From: Chrysomallon squamiferum
Lineage: Eukaryota; Animalia; Mollusca
Reading direction: 5' to 3'
DNA: 64,000 nt
NCBI GenBank assembly: GCA_012295275.1
Contig: CM022669.1
Span: 11,036,001 to 11,100,000, forward strand
Part shown: positions 56,830 through 64,000 of the stretch, piece after piece
Layout: each line of letters begins with the position of its first letter
Numbering within the stretch: position 1 is the first letter of the stretch
The notes under the pieces: generated by a model
The model's database searches: none
The model's input: the letters and a program-made list of their open reading frames with translations, nothing else
Told to the model about the DNA's origin: nothing
Position numbers and translations under genes: made by a program

Positions 56830-57806
56830 TTAGCTATGTGAGTTTCTAACATATTTCAGCGTAATAAGATTAACATCGTTATGCAAATACAGGTAACGAG
56901 ACATGTTCAGATCGTATCTGTGTTTCAACATCTTCACACGTACACCATTCGTGACAACGATGAACCCTTTTTCACTAACAGTTACGGTGATATTAAACCG
57001 ACGTCCGACTTGGAAAGGAAAGTACCAGCCGCTTAGTTCTCGTTCCCATTTGCCAGCTCTGGTTTGACTGTTGAGCACAAAACCCATAGGTCGAAAAACA
57101 GCGCCTCTAAATAAAACGTTACAATCGGAAACATTCCACGCAAGCCGAATCCGAAGTAGGTCTTCCTCGTGGGAATTCCAACGAATTCGAAGGCAGACGT
57201 TAACGTCAAGGGACACGTGTAATTTTACGTTTTCTGACGGCAGTTTGCTCCATGTCCAGACCTGCTTAGAGCAGACGCTGTCCAGCTATTCCCAGGATCC
57301 GCTCGTCAGACACGTGACCTGCTTGTGAACGTCGTCACAGAACGCGTAGCCGTGATCGCATGTGTACGTTGCCGTCGACCCGGGTTTTAACGAGTCGTCG
57401 TAGAACACAGATGAATGGGCGAAGGTGCGGGCACGTCACACGTTGGCGTTGTGGTTGTCGTGCATGCGATGTCTGCCGAGTCCGTTAGTTCGAATTGGTA
57501 ATCAGTTTTACATTTCTTGAACTGTTTTTTCACGGCTTGTTTTCTGTACATGACCAGACTTCCTCCGTCACGTTTGTCGTGTTCAGCGCGGCTGCAGTGT
57601 ATCGAGTCACTGCAAAAACAATTTTTCAAATTCAGATCGACGGTTATCCATTTGCATTCGGGTGATCTCAGGCACTTTAAAACACACGGAAACAAATCTA
57701 TTTCTTCCTTCTGACTTGTCTCGCATGTTTGGGAACGAATCAGTGTCAGAAAGAACGCACTGAAAGCAACGTTTTTGGCACAGAACGATCTCATGATAAC
57801 GAAAAT
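56830..57806 (-). pseudogene. Disrupted PAN/apple-like + Sushi(CCP) + galectin-domain gene
   Basis: Cys-rich N-terminal part (ORF 57387..57824), frameshift near 57417, CCP domain (GSTATYTCDHGY...TCLTSGSW), in-frame TAG at 57288-57286, then a galectin fold in the same frame (FVLNSQ..GKWERE..FPFQVGRRFNITV..F.V.TNG..HR). Confidence 0.7.
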
Positions 57807-58744
57807 CTTTAAAATTAAAAACACAGAATTTGCAGAATCAGTTTTGTTAAACTAACCCAGTCTTACTGCGTGAAGTACTAATTTCAAACTCATTTGTGAG
57901 AAAACAAATAAATACTTTTTTTTTTAAATTTTAAACTTATAAATAGTTAATTGTGGTCGCACAAAAAAAGAAAAAAAAAAAGAAAAAAAGACAAATAGTA
58001 AATTATCGCTTTGAAAAAATATCTCCTGAATGTGTTTAAAGTGATATCTGTTTATCTTTGTTAAATGCCAAAGAAAAAAATGTTCAGGAAAATGTAGAGA
58101 GAATGTACAGATATCACTGAATTATTTGATTAATAATTTATACAGAAAATACATTAAAAAAAAAAAAAAGAAAAAAAAAAAAGAAGAGAAAAAACATATA
58201 CAAGAACGAAATACCGAAAGAAGGAGAAAAAATCAGTAAAAGAACGAAGAAGAGTATGTGTGTGTGCGTGTGCGTGCATTTGTGTGTATTTGTGTATGGT
58301 GGTATGTTAGTGTGTGAGTTTGTGTTTGAGTGTGTGTGTTGTGTTCGTGTACTTTTTATGTGTGTGTGTGTGTGTGTGTGTGTGTTTGAAAGAAGTGAGA
58401 GAAAAGAGCGACAGAGAGACAGAGAGAAAGATATAAATTTTAATGATTTCTTGGCCTTTCTCGAGGTCATTATTAAAACAATAACATGTTTTACACGCAT
58501 CTTCTTTTGTGTGTGCTAAATAAATAATAAATATACAAAGGTAAATTTTGTATAGTGCATACACCAGAGCAATCAGAGAAGTTACCAGTCTACAAATATT
58601 GATGCTGCCTGTGACATATTTATGATTTTACTAAGAAAATGGATTTTATTGCAGATCTTATGTGATTTTATTTGGAGCAAGGTAAAACTCTGTTTGCGAC
58701 CAGAAACTCAGGAGTCAATAATAAAAAATACATAAATATAATAA

Positions 58745-58990
58745 CAGTATTAAATATAATATGATATGTATTGTATGTTATAGTATGGTATCGTATGGAG
58801 GTATGGAATGTTATGGAATGTTATGGTATAGTGTGATATGATATATGATTTGATATGTGACATGACATGACATAACATAACATAACATAATATAATATAA
58901 TATAATATAATATAATATAATGTAATATAATATAATATAATATGATATGATATGATATAATATAATATAATGTATTGTAATGTAATATAT
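58745..58990. repeat. Compound pentanucleotide microsatellite (ATATA/ATAAC/ATGAC/GTATG)
   Basis: 5-bp periodicity directly visible. Confidence 0.85.
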
Positions 58991-59412
58991 TATAAGCGAA
59001 CAAACAAACAAATAAATAAACAGAAGTACCACATGACTCCACCTCAGTGACATTTTAAAATTTATTTTCTTTATTTGTCTAAATCAATAATATTTGTCGC
59101 GGAATATAGTCTATGTGATTCATTGTCTCATTGTGAATGTGTGGGCATATAATTAATATAATAGTAACCATTTATTTTTGCTACTAAACAGCTGTAGTAA
59201 GTTATAGTTCTCAGAAAATAAATAATCGTAAAATACGAATAAATACTGAATATTATGATCAGTTGTAAACGTTTAAGTATTAGAGAGACGAAAGACCTCA
59301 GTTATTTTACGTGAAACACATACAGCTGGCAGTACACACAAGACTTGCTGTTGATACATATCTTTTACTTATATTTCACTGAAAGCAACGTGTACAAGCA
59401 AGAATAAATTGT

Positions 59413-59489
<77 letters not shown>

Positions 59490-59715
59490 TGACTGGTGTA
59501 AAATGAAAATACTTTTCTTTTCCACCTTGATCGGGGCCTGTCAGTCGCTGGCGTAATAGTTTTTATAAAATAAAGAACAATAACTCTTAGTGATGTTTGT
59601 TTCTGAATGCATGCAGTTTCCTACCTTTTATACATGATAAAAAGAAATTCTTTTTTTTTTTTGGGGGGGGTCGTGTCGCGATACGAAAGCAGTATAGAAT
59701 TAGAACGTTCAATAT

Positions 59716-59760
<45 letters not shown>

Positions 59761-59840
59761 TTTCAATATATTTTTTTTTAAAGTGTGTGTTTCTTTTTTT
59801 CTCTCTTTTATTATTATTATTATTATTATTATTATAAACA

Positions 59841-60540
59841 CAGTGGTGCCTTGTTTTACGAGTTTTCCGAGTTTCGAGCAGTCGCTTCGTCGATATTTTG
59901 CTTTGAGTTGCGAGCTTCAGATACGCCGCTTATAGCTGGCGCAACGAACAACACAACATCCGCCCAGCATCCCGCGTCTCTCTCGTTTACTTCACTGGTT
60001 ACCTCGCCGCGGAAGCATCTCTGTTGTGTTGTGTTCGCGTTTTGTGCAGTAATTTGACAAATTTCTTTTTTTCTGACGAAGGATCATAAGAAAGTGAGTG
60101 CAAAGGATAGTGATGAGAAGAAGAAACGGATGATGTTCATTGAAATAAAATCATAGAAATACAAGAGCGTTTGTGTACATGTAGTCAGCTTGGCTAGAGA
60201 GTACGAGCATAGTACGATATGTATCACACTGAAGCAGAAGGAGTCGATAAAGGCTGTAACTCCAGCCAAATTTGTCTGATCTATAAGATAAACACACTTT
60301 GAAAAAATAATTTATTTCTTTACATTCTCTTTTATTTTGTTTTTTATACAATATTTGTTAATTTATAAATGCTTGTTTTTCTTATTCAAAAAACACGTTA
60401 CAAAACACGTTGGGGGGGGGGCGGAATGTTTAATGGTCTTTCAGTTAATTTCAGTAGGGAAAATTGATCTGACATATGAGCTAACTGAGTTACGAGCTCG
60501 GTCACGGAACGAATTAAGCTCGTAAGTCAAGGTACCACTG
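59841..60540 (+). mobile_element. Internally deleted Tigger/pogo element
   Basis: TIRs CAGTGGTGCCTTGTTTTACGAG ... CTCGTAAGTCAAGGTACCACTG followed by TA; internal relic of the transposase N-terminus at about 60080-60270. Confidence 0.85.
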
Positions 60541-61379
60541 TATATATACCACAGGAGTCAAATATATATATATACTTATTGTTGTGATATTTAAAATCTC
60601 GGAACTTTCTAAAGAGAACAAATAATACTGACGTCATAAAGCTTATGACGTTCTTCCTCCTTAGTAACACGATAGAGACGTGATTACATGTCGATTTTAT
60701 TTTGTTTTCATAACATTTTCTTTCTGTCCTCATCGCAGATTCAGAACCTTGGAAGGACATACAGAAACTTGCGGCACCCCAGAGTATTTTTACAATTTTT
60801 ATTTTTTTATTTTTAAAGTTAAAACAGGTTTATGATCAGTGTACAGGAGCAGGGTCAGATTCTATAATTAGAACTTTTAAACTTAATGTAATTTTTTAAA
60901 TGAATGCAAATGAGGTGATGTAAACTGTGAAAGAGAAATGAAAAGCGAATAAAAAGGATCATGTTAACATAAAAATAATACTACCCCCTTTCATTCTGAC
61001 CCACATTGGTGTTAGTTGTGATCTTTATTAAAATATATAAAATGTATATGTTTGTGTGTGACTGTATGTGTACGTATGTATGTCTTTATATATTTACACA
61101 CATACACACATATATATATACACACACACACACACACATATATATACACACATACACACATATCCAGTGTGCGGATTTCGTATTTTACATTTCAAAATAA
61201 ATTTTGTCACGAGGCAGATGATGTGAAAGAGAAACTAACCCGACTGTCCAATTTATTTTTCACAAACAGGCAACTGAGTCTTAAAATCTAATCAGTTTTT
61301 GAGTGGTTTTGTTTTAGTACACATTTCACATTAATTTCATGACGCGAGAGTATTTTAAGATTACAAAGAGTGATGAAAA

Positions 61380-61530
61380 TACTATGTACTTTTGTATTAA
61401 AAAGGATCATAAGAAAGTGAGTGCAAAGGACAGTGCTGAGAAGAAACGGATGATGACCATTGAAATAAAGCATAAAATCATAGAAAAACATGCGCGAGGT
61501 GTGCGTATAGTCGACTTGGCTAGACAGTAA
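61380..61530 (+). mobile_element. Tigger/pogo transposase N-terminal (CENP-B-type HTH) fragment
   Basis: KKVSAKDSAEKKRMMTIEIKHKIIEKHARGVRIVDLARQ; near-duplicate of 60080-60160. Confidence 0.75.
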
Positions 61531-62554
61531 ACATTATGTACTTTTGTATTACAATGCTACTACAAATAGTTAACTTGTAAAAATAAACCGGAAAATAGCT
61601 ACCAAGCCAATTTCTGAAAAGCCCTACGTGGCTGAAAAAGATGCAATGAATCACTGAACTGAAACAAAGGAATTCTCTAGCCTACCGAAACAAACATTTA
61701 ATTAAGCTGGCCTACTTGTTATTAAAAGGGAGTGAAACTCTGTACGGCCGCAGTAACAATACTCGTATTGAATAGACCAACAAATCGTTCTCTTGTCGGC
61801 TGTCCCGGTTAAGAGTTGAGTATAAATTTAGGATTTCTGCACGGTTTTAAAATCTAGTGACGAATTTCGCGTATTTGTCTCTGGTAATCTCGCGACTGTA
61901 CGGCTGAATATATCTTGGTCTAAATTATAACGAATAGTAACTGTATGCAAAGAAAAAAATATATTATTAGAACAAATAAATAAGAAACCGTATGTCCCTG
62001 TAACTTTTACAACGTTAACATCCTTGTTATTGTCGACTGAATCTTAGAAAGTAGATAATTATTGTGTGATTCAAAAAAAACCAAAAAAAACCTAAAAGAT
62101 ACGTTTAATATGCTTTATATATTTTTGATGGATCATTTAAGGTTTTTCTTTCTTTCTTCTTTTTTTTCTTGTTTTTTCTTTCATCTTTTCTTCATGTATA
62201 TAAAATAAATATATTATGAATTATTTCATTTTATTTTATCGCTACATAAGATATAGTAATCCAGAAGTAAAACTGCCTAATCGTCAAACATTTTCATTCT
62301 AAAAGGTGAGTGACATATGATATAGAAAATGTCAAAATAATGTATTTACAAACACATCAAACCTCTTTCCGTGCATAACTAAGTATTAATTCGTTTTTTC
62401 TCCCATTTCGTTCGACCAAAGAATAAAATAGTTGTTCTTATATAAACTGAAAATATAACGAACAAGATTTTGTTTTCTTAAATTGGAGATACACACCTGC
62501 ATGCATACATACATACTATACACATACACATACATATATACATACATACATACA

Positions 62555-62587
<33 letters not shown>

Positions 62588-62839
62588 GCATGTCTACATA
62601 CATTCAAACGTATGAGCACGTGTGTATACTCACGTACATATGTATCAGAAAATATTATGATGTATTCAAAAATTTCTAATAATAATAAAAATACATTATT
62701 TTCTACCAAAAATAAGTACATAAAAATAATACAATATATAATAAGATTACAAACAACGCAGTACTATACAACAACAACAACAACAACAACAATGATGATA
62801 ATGATGATGACGATGATAATAATACCAATAATAATAATG

Positions 62840-62909
<70 letters not shown>

Positions 62910-63297
62910 CAACAACAACAACAACAACATAAAATGCGTGTCTCAGTAAAATACGCTAGTTCAGGTTTTGTTGTGTAGGTTAAACATCCTGGTGAATATA
63001 TTTGTTTAAATTGTCAACCTTACACACAGAATTAATTTATTTTAAATAAGTTTTTTTCGTTCACAGTCACGCTCGTGTAGAGAAATATATTATAATTTAG
63101 TCTAAAAAAATAAGTGGGTAACAAAGTAAGTAGGTAAACATGCGACAGACAAGTGAGAGAAATTTTATTCAGTGACTGGTAATTTTCCACTCTAAAAATT
63201 TCCTAATAAAGAAACAGACGCAAGTTCGTTTCGTACCGCGTTACCTAAGCCGCGTTGTCAAACAGTAGTAACTTTTCACCTTCGCTTTCTGTCCTAG

Positions 63298-63357
63298 AAC
63301 TCTGTGTGAACACCCACTCTGTGTGAACACCCACTCTGTGTGAACACCCACTCTGTG
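63298..63357. repeat. 17-bp tandem repeat, about 3.4 copies
   Basis: Perfect copies of actctgtgtgaacaccc. Confidence 0.9.
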
Positions 63358-63433
63358 CTACATTATAGTTCATTTTAATTCGTTTGCAAATCTCACCAAA
63401 TTATTTCCACTGTTGTAATAATAATACGCTCTT

Positions 63434-63538
<105 letters not shown>

Positions 63539-63775
63539 ATTTCAACTTCTGATCTAGATCATTACAAAATCACACACGCACAGACACACTCACACATATT
63601 AGTGTTCGTTCTCGTAAAATGCTTTCTTTTAAAACATTAAATGAAATAAACACACAAAAACAATTCAATCAAAAACTTTTATTTTAATTCATTAATTCGT
63701 TTCTGTATCAAAGGTTATATGTGTACATATATATATATATATCTATATATCTATATATATATATATTCCACAGAT

Positions 63776-63957
63776 TTAATTTTTACGATAAACAGGCACC
63801 GCGCCTAAAATACCTTTCGAGTAGGCAATTTTTCTTTTGCTGATAAGTTTCCACAGTCCTGATTTTTCTAATTTGCTAAACTCTGATTCCACTTTAGCTG
63901 GCGGTTCTCCGTCAAAAGAAAAATGTTCCTGCAAAGTGGCCATCACAAAATATCCTC
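63776..63957 (-). CDS. Terminal exon of a probable class I SAM methyltransferase (METTL27/WBSCR27-like); the rest lies outside the window
   Basis: Acceptor tttatttccag, then (P)GGYFVM...LEKSGLWKLI...Y...GAVPVYRK-stop, a pattern resembling the METTL27 C-terminus. Confidence 0.5.
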
Positions 63958-64000
63958 CTGGAAATAAAAATAGCAAGTATTTAAAAATTAATAAACACAC

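Noticed and set aside
57286-57288. Stop-codon readthrough or selenocysteine in the lectin gene
   Set aside because: The codon is TAG, not TGA, and there is a separate frameshift upstream; pseudogenisation or sequence error is simpler.

Overview
AT-rich, microsatellite-dense, intron-rich animal genomic DNA; a mollusc or other lophotrochozoan is my inference from the gene families. I traced the exons by hand. In order: the 5' part of MAU2 (-), an EPHX4-like epoxide hydrolase (+), a complete 21-exon MSH3 (-), and, head-to-head with it, an 11-exon SLC28/CNT transporter (+). Then a C2-domain protein (+), a 3-exon MGC-RING-NHL gene that the ORF track only partly shows (+), a 10-exon SLC22 transporter (-), a disrupted PAN-Sushi-galectin gene (-), and the last exon of a probable METTL27-like methyltransferase (-). 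Also present: two U12 introns (GT-AG in MAU2, AT-AC in MSH3), one GC-AG intron, hAT, Tc1 and Tigger DNA-transposon relics, and a tRNA-derived SINE. The most interesting items are the putatively lipid-anchored RING-NHL protein, a CNT with altered nucleoside-binding residues, duplicated 'poison' splice donors in MSH3, an apparent frameshift in MAU2, and a near-perfect inverted duplication bracketing the MAU2 5' end. No database searches were run; all family calls rest on recognised motifs.
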